Shown here piece after piece: positions 52,498 to 60,709 of a stretch of 64,000 nucleotides of DNA. Under the pieces are notes generated by a model that worked only from the letters and a program-made list of their open reading frames with translations, made no database searches and had not been told where the DNA came from. This DNA comes from an uncultured Candidatus Rokubacteria bacterium (GTDB lineage: Bacteria; Methylomirabilota; Methylomirabilia; Rokubacteriales; DASRDR01), in NCBI GenBank assembly GCA_963805625.1, contig CAWDVE010000010.1, positions 384,001-448,000 on the forward strand, given 5' to 3'. Numbering within the stretch: position 1 is the first letter of the stretch; the number at the start of each line of letters is the position of its first letter. A program made the translations under genes and the position numbers.

Positions 52498-54650
52498 CTC
52501 CGTCGGGCCGAAGCGCGCTCGAGCAGCGTGGCGACGGTGGCCCGGAGCGTGTCGAGGCCGACGGGCTTTTCGACGACCGCGTCGATGCCGTGCGTCTCGA
52601 GGGTTTCCGGGGCCACACGCCCGGGCCAGCCCGTGACCAGGATCACCGGGGTGCCGGGCAGCGCTCGCTTCACCGTCCGGGCGAGCTCGAGACCGGAGCC
52701 GCCGGGCAGCACGAGGTCCGTCACGACGAGGTCCATCGGCTCCCGGCCGAGCAGCGCGACGGCGTCACCGACGTCGCTTGCGGCGCGCGCCACGTAGCCA
52801 TCGCGCGCGAGTCCCTGGACCAGGGTTTCCCGCACCGCCTGGTCGTCATCGACCACGAGAATCCTGCGCGGGGCTGGGGAGCTGGGCTCGGGGCGACCCG
52901 GGCCCAGCCGGGCTCCCGCAGCGGTCGGCAGGCGAAGGCGGACCGTCGTCCCCTGCCCCGGGACGCTCTCGATCTCGAGCTCGCCTCGATGGCGGGAGGC
53001 CATGGTCCGGACCACCGCCAACCCGACGCCGAGCCGTCCTGGCCCCTTCGTCGTGAAGAACGGCTCGTCCGCCCGTGTGCGGGTCGCCTCGTCCATGCCC
53101 CGTCCTCGGTCCGTGACGGACAGCTCGACGTGCGTCACGCCGTTCCAGCGGAGGGAGACGGCGACCGAGCCCGCATCGTTCCCCGCTTCGCGCGCGTTCT
53201 GCAGCAGGTGGTGCAAGGCCTGCCGGAGCTCCTCGGGGTGTACGCGAACCGGGGGCACCGGGTCGAGATCGAGCGTAACCGACGGCACGCCGCCTTCGTC
53301 GGCCCAGAGCCGCTCGGTGGCACGGACCGAATCACGCACCGCCGCGCCGATGTCGACGGGGGCTGCTGAGTGCGCGCCGGAGCGCGGCGCGAAGCCGAGG
53401 ACCCGCCGCACGCCTTCCGCCACCCGCCAGGCGGCCTCCTCGGCGTGGGCGAGGTCTCGTGCGGCCGCGGAGTCCCCGACTTGGTCCCGGACCGCTGCTA
53501 GCCGACCAAGGACGACGGCCAGCAGGCTCGCCATGTCACCGAGCGGTGCGGCGTCGGCGTCGGGCGTGTCGGCTCGCGGCGGGAAGTCAGCGGACGCATC
53601 GGCGACGCTGCGAAGCGACTCGGCGTGCAGGCGCGCGTTCCGGAGCGCGAGCGCGGCGGCATGCTCGAAGGCCGGGGACAGGGCGATTCCGCAGGATCCC
53701 GAGCTGCCGATCGCGAGGAGCGCGACCAGCCAGTCGTCCACCGCTAGCGGCAGGATGGCCCGCGGCGTGGTGCCGAGACAGTGGGCGAGCGCTGGGTCAT
53801 GCTGGGCCGCCTCGGTGGGAACGAAGGGCCGCCGCGCCGCCACGACGGCGTCGAGTGTCGGCGTGGGGCCGGGTGCCGTGGCGTCATCCGGTAGACCTGC
53901 CCCTCCCGCCAGGATGAAGCCATCGCCATCCGGCAGAAGGACTGCAACCGCGTCGGCTCCGAGGCGCGCCGCCGCCTCTGTTGCCACCGCTGCCGCGGTT
54001 CGGGCTGGATCGAGGCTCGCGAAGAGCCCGGAGGGAACCGCCTGCTCCCTCGTCCTCTCGGATCCGGAGCGGAGAGCCTCGCCGAGGAGCTCAGCCGCCA
54101 CGATCAGAGTGCCGATCGTGTCGGGCTCGAAGGGAACCGACCGCCGCCGTCCCACCAGGAACGCTCCCACGAGGAGACCGGTGGAAGCGTGAACCGGGAT
54201 CGCCAGCGCGGCGCCGAGGCCGTGGTGGTCGAGCAGGGCGTCGGGAGCTCCCAGGCCGGGCCCCGCCTGCACCACCTCGTCGGTACGGATTGCGCGGCCC
54301 GCGATGCCTTCATCCGCGCGGGGCTCGAGCGGGAGGCGAAAGCCTCGCTGAGCAAGCACGGCAAGCGTGCTCTCACCGGACGGCCGGAGGATCGCCGCAC
54401 AATCGGCACGAACGTGCGTGAGCGCGCGGTCGATCGCGAGGAGGCAGGCCTCGGATTGACTCGTGCCGCGGCCGATGGCCAGGAGGCTCTGAAGGCCGGC
54501 GAGGCGGGCGCGTGTTGGCTCGTCGAGAAGGGCGCCAGGCGGTGCGGTCGCTGCCGCGACCCCGACGGCGTCGGCCAGCGCGTCGAGGCGGCGAGTGATG
54601 CCGGCGAGGGCTTTCCGGATCTCGCCGAGCGACCCGTCCTCGGCGCTCAC
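52494..54650 (-). CDS. GAF-GAF-(H-box-deleted HisKA)-HATPase-REC hybrid pseudokinase
   Basis: HATPase 'QNAREA..DRGRGM..EPFFTTK..GVGL..GQGTT'; REC 'VVDDD..TDLVLPGGSG..TG..EKP'; no His in the H-box; probable leaderless GTG start at 54650. Confidence 0.82.
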   Translation of the reverse strand: MSAEDGSLGEIRKALAGITRRLDALADAVGVAAATAPPGALLDEPTRARLAGLQSLLAIGRGTSQSEACLLAIDRALTHVRADCAAILRPSGESTLAVLAQRGFRLPLEPRADEGIAGRAIRTDEVVQAGPGLGAPDALLDHHGLGAALAIPVHASTGLLVGAFLVGRRRSVPFEPDTIGTLIVAAELLGEALRSGSERTREQAVPSGLFASLDPARTAAAVATEAAARLGADAVAVLLPDGDGFILAGGAGLPDDATAPGPTPTLDAVVAARRPFVPTEAAQHDPALAHCLGTTPRAILPLAVDDWLVALLAIGSSGSCGIALSPAFEHAAALALRNARLHAESLRSVADASADFPPRADTPDADAAPLGDMASLLAVVLGRLAAVRDQVGDSAAARDLAHAEEAAWRVAEGVRRVLGFAPRSGAHSAAPVDIGAAVRDSVRATERLWADEGGVPSVTLDLDPVPPVRVHPEELRQALHHLLQNAREAGNDAGSVAVSLRWNGVTHVELSVTDRGRGMDEATRTRADEPFFTTKGPGRLGVGLAVVRTMASRHRGELEIESVPGQGTTVRLRLPTAAGARLGPGRPEPSSPAPRRILVVDDDQAVRETLVQGLARDGYVARAASDVGDAVALLGREPMDLVVTDLVLPGGSGLELARTVKRALPGTPVILVTGWPGRVAPETLETHGIDAVVEKPVGLDTLRATVATLLERASARRR

Positions 54651-54657
54651 GGTCGGG

Positions 54658-54686
54658 AGTATAGGAACCGTCCGGGGCGCGGTCAA
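54658..54686 (-). promoter_or_regulatory. sigma70 promoter of the pseudokinase-ppx unit
   Basis: TTGACC, N17, TATACT, 7 nt before the in-frame GTG. Confidence 0.7.
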
Positions 54687-54839
54687 CGGGCTGTGAGGGG
54701 CCCTTCCCTCGGAGGTGGCCTTCAGGAGTCCCTGGAGACCGTGGGCGCTGGGCTCGGCGTCGTCGGTGCGGCGGGGTGGACCCGACCGTCGGAGGCAGGG
54801 TCACGAGGAGCCTGCCCCTCGACTGACGACCCGGCGAAA

Positions 54840-54891
54840 CGGGCGGCGCCGTCCCGTCTCCCGGGGAACCCGGATGGGACGGCGCCGCCCG
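54840..54891 (-). terminator. Strong hairpin after the cytochrome c gene (probable terminator)
   Basis: 16-bp perfect stem CGGGCGGCGCCGTCCC/GGGACGGCGCCGCCCG followed by TTT on the minus strand. Confidence 0.7.
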
Positions 54892-54905
54892 AACAGCAGA
54901 CGAAG

Positions 54906-55316
54906 CTACTTCTTCAGCGTCCGGATGTAGTGGACGACCTGGCCGCGCTCGGTCTCGGAGAGAGCTGCCCAGGGGGGCATCGCCCCGCGACCGGTTGTGA
55001 TCTTCCAGAGGAGGCAGCCGTCGGTCTGCTGCTGCACCTTCGCCGAGGTCCAGTCCGCCGGTTTCGGGTTCAGGGCTGCCGCGCCGGGTCCATCACCCTT
55101 CCCCCCGTCGCCGTGGCACGCGGTGCACGCCTTGTCGACGGTGAGCTTCTTGCCGGCTGCAATGGCCGCGTCGCTCTTCGCCACGGAGTTCTTCTTCCCG
55201 TTCTCGGCGGCCGGGCAGGTCCATGCGCCCTGCGCCCATGCGGGAGCGGTGACGGACGGTACGGCTAGGAGGGCGGCGATCGCCACCGTCCCGCCGAGAA
55301 TCAGACGACGTGCCAT
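54906..55316 (-). CDS. Periplasmic monoheme cytochrome c
   Basis: Signal peptide, CTACH heme motif, 'GKGDGP..LNPKPAD', distal Met in 'AMPPW'; SD GAGGAGG. Confidence 0.93.
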   Translation of the reverse strand: MARRLILGGTVAIAALLAVPSVTAPAWAQGAWTCPAAENGKKNSVAKSDAAIAAGKKLTVDKACTACHGDGGKGDGPGAAALNPKPADWTSAKVQQQTDGCLLWKITTGRGAMPPWAALSETERGQVVHYIRTLKK

Positions 55317-55403
55317 TGGAGCCTCCTCTTTGGGGCCGGATCGGGGGAGGTGACGGAATTCACAAGCATCGACTTCTGATGTAACACCGAAGGAGCGCGG
55401 GGG

Positions 55404-56990
55404 TCAAGCGTGGCCGTTTCCCTCGGCCCTTTCGGCGGCAGCCGTGGCGTCCGCCCAGGGCGCGAGCAGCAGGAGCAGCCCGGCGAGAAGACCGTAGCCG
55501 CCCGCCAGAAGGCCGGGCCAGGCCGACTCGCTCCCCCCCGGCCAGAAGAGGCCGCCCGATCCGAGGGGCGAGTGGATCATCCCGCAGAGGCTTCCCAAGC
55601 TCGCCACGGAGAGAAACGCGGCCGCCGCCAGGAGGCGGCGGTCGATGATCATCGCGGTCGCCGCCGCCCAGAGGAGCGCCGACAGGATGAAGCCGTTGCC
55701 GAGGAGCCGCAGCGCCAGGACGGCGTGGGCCGCCTCGCCGCGTATCGCGCCCGGGCCGAGTCCCAGGCTGCCGAGGATGCCGCTCAGCTCGATCATCACG
55801 AGCGCCGCGGTCGTCGGCACGAACGCGAGCGCCACTGCGGGGGCGTGGCGCGCGGGCGTGGCGAGGAAGGCCTGAGCGGTGATCTCGAGGCCGACGAAGA
55901 TGAGGATCGGGACCACCGCGGCTTCCGGCACGAAGCCGACGAGGATCGAAACGACGCCCCCCATAGCCCCGAGTCCGATCACGAGCCCCGTTGCCAGGGT
56001 GTACCCTGCCCGCGCGCCCATCGCCTTGTAGGCGGGATGGCCCACGTACGGGGTGTTCTGGACCACGCCGCCGGCCACACCCGCGAGGATCGTCGCCAGG
56101 GCCTCGGTCAGCAGGATGTCCCGCGTCCGGTAGCGATCCCCGGCAGCGATGGCGCTCTCGGTGTTGTCGATGCCGCCGATGACGGTCGCGAGCGCGAACG
56201 GCAGCGCGACCGACAGCGCGCCCCACGTCTCCCCGAGCGCGTCGACCCAGGCGAGCGTCGGCCAGGGCACCGCGAGCCGCCACTCTCCGGGCGCCATCAG
56301 CACGTGGCTGCTCGGGGCGATTCCGGCCCAGCGCTCCACCCCGTAGACTCCGCTCCCCACGACGACGGCGGCCAGGGCGCCGGGCAGCCGTCTCGGCAGC
56401 GCGATCCGCCCGACGAGGGTGACGAGGATCAGTCCGAGCGAGAGGAATCCCACCAGCGGGTCCGTGATGACCTTGAGCATGGGCAAAAAGGCGATCAGGA
56501 GCACCGAGACACCCGCAATCGAGCCGAGGAGCCCTGCGCGTGGCACGATACGCCGCACCCACTCGCCGGCGAACGCCAGGGCGAGCTTGGCGACGCCCAT
56601 GGCCACGGTGACGCCCATGCCCACCTTCCAGGCGAGCACCGGGTCCCGCGTCGCGAGCATCGTCGGTCCCAGGACCCCGAACGTGACGCCGAACAGGGAC
56701 GGCGTGTCGATCCCGAAGGGCATGGCGGTCACGTCCGCTCGCCCGGTCTGTCGGGCCAGCCGCCGGGCCAGCCACGTGTAAGAGAGATCTCCTGCCAGGA
56801 CCCCGAGGGCCGTTCCGGGAACGATCCGGTAGAGCACGAGATCCGAGGGAAAGCCGAACACGCCGACCAGGAGGCCGGCGAGCACCACCAGGTTCGTGAG
56901 ATTGTCGACGGCGAGGCCGAAGAACGCGTTCACGTCCCCGGCGGCGTACCAGCGGCCCGGGGTCGCGCGGCGCAGGTCTCGAGTCGTCAC
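55404..56990 (-). CDS. NCS2/AzgA-like nucleobase permease family protein
   Basis: About 13 TM; 'GDVNAFFGL', 'TAMPFGIDTPS', 'PRAGLLG', 'NTESAIAAGD', 'PYVGHPAYKAMGARAGY'. Confidence 0.8.
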   Translation of the reverse strand: MTTRDLRRATPGRWYAAGDVNAFFGLAVDNLTNLVVLAGLLVGVFGFPSDLVLYRIVPGTALGVLAGDLSYTWLARRLARQTGRADVTAMPFGIDTPSLFGVTFGVLGPTMLATRDPVLAWKVGMGVTVAMGVAKLALAFAGEWVRRIVPRAGLLGSIAGVSVLLIAFLPMLKVITDPLVGFLSLGLILVTLVGRIALPRRLPGALAAVVVGSGVYGVERWAGIAPSSHVLMAPGEWRLAVPWPTLAWVDALGETWGALSVALPFALATVIGGIDNTESAIAAGDRYRTRDILLTEALATILAGVAGGVVQNTPYVGHPAYKAMGARAGYTLATGLVIGLGAMGGVVSILVGFVPEAAVVPILIFVGLEITAQAFLATPARHAPAVALAFVPTTAALVMIELSGILGSLGLGPGAIRGEAAHAVLALRLLGNGFILSALLWAAATAMIIDRRLLAAAAFLSVASLGSLCGMIHSPLGSGGLFWPGGSESAWPGLLAGGYGLLAGLLLLLAPWADATAAAERAEGNGHA

Positions 56991-57074
56991 GGAATCCTCG
57001 CCCCCGTTTCCGGCCCGCTCCGTACGGAGCTCCGGTCTGGCGGCCCCCGGTGCCGAGACCGGTTGTCCCGACCG

Positions 57075-57389
57075 TCAGCCAGCGGCGCGGGCGGCGGCGA
57101 GGAGCTCCCGGGCAGAGGCCCGGACACGCTCGCCGAGCGCCTCGCACCACGCGAAGCGGGCTCGCCCCTCGGCAACCTCGCGGAAGTCGAGCTCGATCGG
57201 GGGCGACCCCGGCGGCGGGGCGGAACGTCCGCCGAAGGCGAGGCGTATCCCGAAGGAACGGCCCTCGCGGGCTCCGCCGGAGTCGAGGAGCGCCTCGATG
57301 CGAGAACTCTCGCGCTTGGCGTGCGAGCGGACGAAGCCCGCGAGCCAGGTGCCGGTTTCGTGGTAGTCGGCGGGGATACTGGGATTCAT
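57075..57389 (-). CDS. Hypothetical protein (104 aa)
   Basis: Co-oriented ORF filling the nrdJ-permease gap with normal protein composition. Confidence 0.6.
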   Translation of the reverse strand: MNPSIPADYHETGTWLAGFVRSHAKRESSRIEALLDSGGAREGRSFGIRLAFGGRSAPPPGSPPIELDFREVAEGRARFAWCEALGERVRASARELLAAARAAG

Positions 57390-57417
57390 GCGCGACGCAA
57401 CCGTGACCGGCCCGGAG

Positions 57418-57456
57418 CCGCCACGCGCCCCGGGCCTGACCAGGGGCGCGTGGCGG
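57418..57456 (-). other. 14-bp GC stem-loop after nrdJ (no U-tract)
   Basis: CCGCCACGCGCCCC-N11-GGGGCGCGTGGCGG. Confidence 0.55.
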
Positions 57457-57484
57457 TCGCGGCCAGTCGCTCAGGGAGCGGGGC

Positions 57485-59770
57485 TCAGCACTCGTTGAAG
57501 CCGCACCCGTAGCACTTCTTGCAGCCTTCCTCGTAGACGAAGGTCGCCTGTCCGCACTCCGGGCAGATGTCTCCCGCCACGAGCTTCGCCGCGGGCGCAG
57601 CCGGTTGTTCGGTCTCCTCCACCTTCGCTTGGCCGAGGTGCTCGGCCAGAACGCGCGCGATGCCGTCCGGGAGCGAGAGTACCCGCTGCGGGCCGAAGCC
57701 GAGCGGCCGCCCACCACCGATCCCCGAGAGCTGCGCGACGACTTCCTCGAGGCGACGCTTGGTCGACAAGGGGGACGGCATGCGGAGGGCCAGGGAGATC
57801 AAACGCCCCATGGCCTCGGCGACCGCCATCGTGTCGGACCCGGCCTTGCCCACGGAGACGAAGACCTCGAAGGGTTCGCCGTCGCCGTGCTCGTTGACGA
57901 CGGTGTAGGCCGTGCCGAGCGGCGTCTCGACGCGGTACGTCCGGCCCGTGAGGCTGCGCGGGCGGGGCTTGACGACCGCCGGCAGCGGGGCCGCCGCGGC
58001 CTCGCTCCGCTTGTCGGCACGGCCCGTCTTGGTGCCGATGGTGAGCACCCCCTCCTTGCAGCCGTCCCGGAACACGGTGATGCCGAGGCATCCCAGCTCC
58101 CAGGCGAGGAGGTAGGCCCGGGAGACGTCGTCGAGCGTCGCCGAGTTGGGCAGGTTGATGGTCTTGGACACTCCGTTGTCCGTGTACTTCTGGAAGGCGC
58201 CCTGGTGCCTCACGTGCCACTCGAAGGGCACCTCGTGTGCCGTCACGAAGACTCGCTGGACGTCTTCCGGCACGCCGGCCAGCCCGTGCACGACGCCGCG
58301 CTTGGCAATCTCCTCCATGAGCGCGTCCGAGTAGAAGCCGCGCTCCCGGGCCACCTCGGCGAAGATCGGGTTCGTGAAGGGCAGGATGCGGTCACCCACC
58401 TTGTGGGTGAAGGCGATGGCGAAGGCCGGCTCGACACCGGAGGAGCACCCCGCGATCATCGAGATCGTCCCCGTGGGGGCGATGGTCGTGACCGTCGAGT
58501 TCCGGAGCGGCCGCCCATGCTTGTAGATGGACCGCGGCCAGTTGGGGAACGGCCCGCGCTCCTCGGCGAGCTTCGCCGACTGATCGTGCGCCTTCTCGTT
58601 GATAAACGCCATGAGCCGGTCCCCGAGATCGAGGGCTGGCTGGCTGTCGTACGGGATCCCCATCCGGAACAGGAGATCCGCCCACCCCATGACGCCGAGG
58701 CCGATCCGGCGGTTGGCCTTGACGGTCTCGTCGATCTCCGGCAGGGGGTACGGGTTGACCTCGATGACGTCGTCGAGGAATCGTACCGACAGCCGGACCA
58801 CACGCTCGAGCTCGGTCCAGTCGACCGCCCACTCCCCGTCGGCCTGCCGTCGCGCGAACATGGCGACGTTGATGGATCCGAGGTTGCACGCCTCGTTCGG
58901 CAGGAGGGGCTGTTCCCCGCAGGGATTCGTGGCCTCGATCAGCCCGATCTCGGGCGTCGGGTTCGCCGGGCTCGCGTTGATCCGGTCGAGGAAGACCATG
59001 CCGGGATCGCCGGTCTGCCACGCGGCGCGCACGATCCGGTCGAACACGTCGCGAGCAGGCAGCCGGCTGATCACCTCGCCGTTGTGCGGGGCGATCAGCT
59101 CGTACTCCTCACCCTTGTGGATGGCATCCATGAACCGGTCGGTTGCCGCGACCGAGATGTTGAAGTTGACGATGCCGCCGTCGAGCTTGCACTCGATGAA
59201 TTCGAGGACATCGGGGTGGTCGATCCGGAGAATGCCCATGTTGGCGCCCCGCCGGGTGCCGCCCTGCTTCACCGCCTCGGTCGCCCCATTGAAGACCCGC
59301 AGGAAGGACACGGGACCTGAGGCCTTGCCGCCGGTGGAGGTCACGACTGCGTCCTTCTGGCGGAGACGCGAGAAGGCGAAGCCCGTTCCACCCCCCGACT
59401 TGTGGATGATGGCGGCAGACTTCACGGCGTCGAAGATCTCCTCCATAGAGTCGCCGACCGGGAGGACGTAGCATGCCGAGTATTGGAGCTGGTTCCCCTT
59501 GCCGGCGTTCATGAGGGTCGGAGAGTTCGGCAGGAACTTCGAGTCCACCATGAGATCGAAGAAGGCGCACGCGATCTCGTGCACGACCGCCGGACTCTTG
59601 CCCCAGCGCTCCTCCCCCTGGGCGATGGCGACGGCCACCCGCCAGCACATCTCCTCGGGGGTCTCCTGGGCCCGGTCCCCCTCGTGCGTGAGATAGCGCT
59701 CCCGCAGAACTCGGAGCGCCTGCTCCGTCCACTTGCCGACTCGGGGGGGGCGCGTCGCCGTGATCGCCAT
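57485..59770 (-). CDS. nrdJ: Class II (adenosylcobalamin-dependent) ribonucleotide reductase with TSCPD/Zn-ribbon C-terminus
   Basis: 'PNSPTLMNAG..SACYV', 'GGGTG', 'ATNPCGEQPL..ACNLGS', 'TIAPTGT', 'VSKTIN', C-terminal 'CPECG..CYGCG..C'; no ATP cone. Confidence 0.95.
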   Translation of the reverse strand: MAITATRPPRVGKWTEQALRVLRERYLTHEGDRAQETPEEMCWRVAVAIAQGEERWGKSPAVVHEIACAFFDLMVDSKFLPNSPTLMNAGKGNQLQYSACYVLPVGDSMEEIFDAVKSAAIIHKSGGGTGFAFSRLRQKDAVVTSTGGKASGPVSFLRVFNGATEAVKQGGTRRGANMGILRIDHPDVLEFIECKLDGGIVNFNISVAATDRFMDAIHKGEEYELIAPHNGEVISRLPARDVFDRIVRAAWQTGDPGMVFLDRINASPANPTPEIGLIEATNPCGEQPLLPNEACNLGSINVAMFARRQADGEWAVDWTELERVVRLSVRFLDDVIEVNPYPLPEIDETVKANRRIGLGVMGWADLLFRMGIPYDSQPALDLGDRLMAFINEKAHDQSAKLAEERGPFPNWPRSIYKHGRPLRNSTVTTIAPTGTISMIAGCSSGVEPAFAIAFTHKVGDRILPFTNPIFAEVARERGFYSDALMEEIAKRGVVHGLAGVPEDVQRVFVTAHEVPFEWHVRHQGAFQKYTDNGVSKTINLPNSATLDDVSRAYLLAWELGCLGITVFRDGCKEGVLTIGTKTGRADKRSEAAAAPLPAVVKPRPRSLTGRTYRVETPLGTAYTVVNEHGDGEPFEVFVSVGKAGSDTMAVAEAMGRLISLALRMPSPLSTKRRLEEVVAQLSGIGGGRPLGFGPQRVLSLPDGIARVLAEHLGQAKVEETEQPAAPAAKLVAGDICPECGQATFVYEEGCKKCYGCGFNEC

Positions 59771-59846
59771 GCCAAACCTCCTTGACTCTAGATCCCTACG
59801 CTCGCCATCCGCACGGCCACTGCCTTGATCACACCGATCCAGGAGC

Positions 59847-59893
59847 ATACCGTATCTTGTGGGCGGGCGAATCCTGGCATACGAGATTTGGGG
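59847..59893. promoter_or_regulatory. Tandem NrdR boxes upstream of nrdJ
   Basis: ATACCGTATCTTGTGG (59847-62) and CATACGAGATTTGGGG (59878-93), 31 bp apart, next to a minus-strand TTGACA (59900-59895). Confidence 0.75.
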
Positions 59894-59991
59894 CTGTCAA
59901 CAAAAAATCGGATGCCCCATAGAGAAATTCTTCACAAGGCATCACCTCGTCATCGTCTCTGCTCACGGTCGACGGGCGAGCTGGCGCTTCC

Positions 59992-60042
59992 TTGACACCG
60001 CCCCCCCGCCGAGACTAGAGTTCGACGGACTGACCAGTCAGT
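59992..60042 (+). promoter_or_regulatory. sigma70 promoter and TetR-type operator
   Basis: TTGACA (59992-97), N18, TAGAGT (60016-21); palindrome ACTGAC-CA-GTCAGT (60029-42) at about +1. Confidence 0.75.
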
Positions 60043-60103
60043 TCTATCCTACCGTCACGGCCCCACCGAGGACGGTTCACGCCGGGAGCGCGGAAACAAC
60101 GCC

Positions 60104-60709
60104 ATGAAGGGCTCGATCAAAACGCCGCGGCAGGCGGCCAAGCGTGAGCAGATCGTGGAGGCGGCGTCGCGCGTCTTTGCCGCCCACCCCTACCATGTGG
60201 TCTGCATGGACCACGTCGCGGAAGCCGCGCGGGTTGGCAAGGGCACGCTCTACCGCTACTTCCCGTCCAAGGAGGATCTCTACCTGGGTGTCGTCGCCGA
60301 GGCGTTCGACCTCCTCATCCGGCAGCTCGAGCGCGTCGAGGCGGAAGATTTCCCGGCGGCAGTCGCGCTCGCGCGGATGATCGAGGCGATCGTGGAGACC
60401 TTCGCCCGCCACCTCCCCTTCTTCCGCCTGATGCAGCAGGGGGAGGCTCGGCTGTTCCTCCGCAAGAAGCAGGTCGTGCGCGCGCGGCGTGATCGCATCG
60501 CCGACGGCCTCGCCCGGCTCCTCGAGCGCGGGGCTCAGACGGGGGTGTTCCGGAAGGTGGACCTCGACCTCGGGCCCTCGATGCTGATCGGCCTCGTGTG
60601 GGGCACGACGCTCAATCACGCGGACGACACCCCGGCAGAGGTCCTCGCCCAGCGGGTGGCGGATCTGTGCCTCCACGGGATCCTCCAGTCCTCCCCGGAG
60701 ACGCTCTGA
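60104..60709 (+). CDS. TetR/AcrR family transcriptional regulator
   Basis: 'IVEAASRVF..VAEAARVGKGTLYRYFPSKEDL'. Confidence 0.95.
   Translation: MKGSIKTPRQAAKREQIVEAASRVFAAHPYHVVCMDHVAEAARVGKGTLYRYFPSKEDLYLGVVAEAFDLLIRQLERVEAEDFPAAVALARMIEAIVETFARHLPFFRLMQQGEARLFLRKKQVVRARRDRIADGLARLLERGAQTGVFRKVDLDLGPSMLIGLVWGTTLNHADDTPAEVLAQRVADLCLHGILQSSPETL

Noticed and set aside
59771-59990. Cobalamin riboswitch upstream of nrdJ; DnaA-like box TTCTTCACA at 59928-59936
   Set aside because: No B12-box motifs seen and the leader is short; the DnaA-like box is single and mismatched
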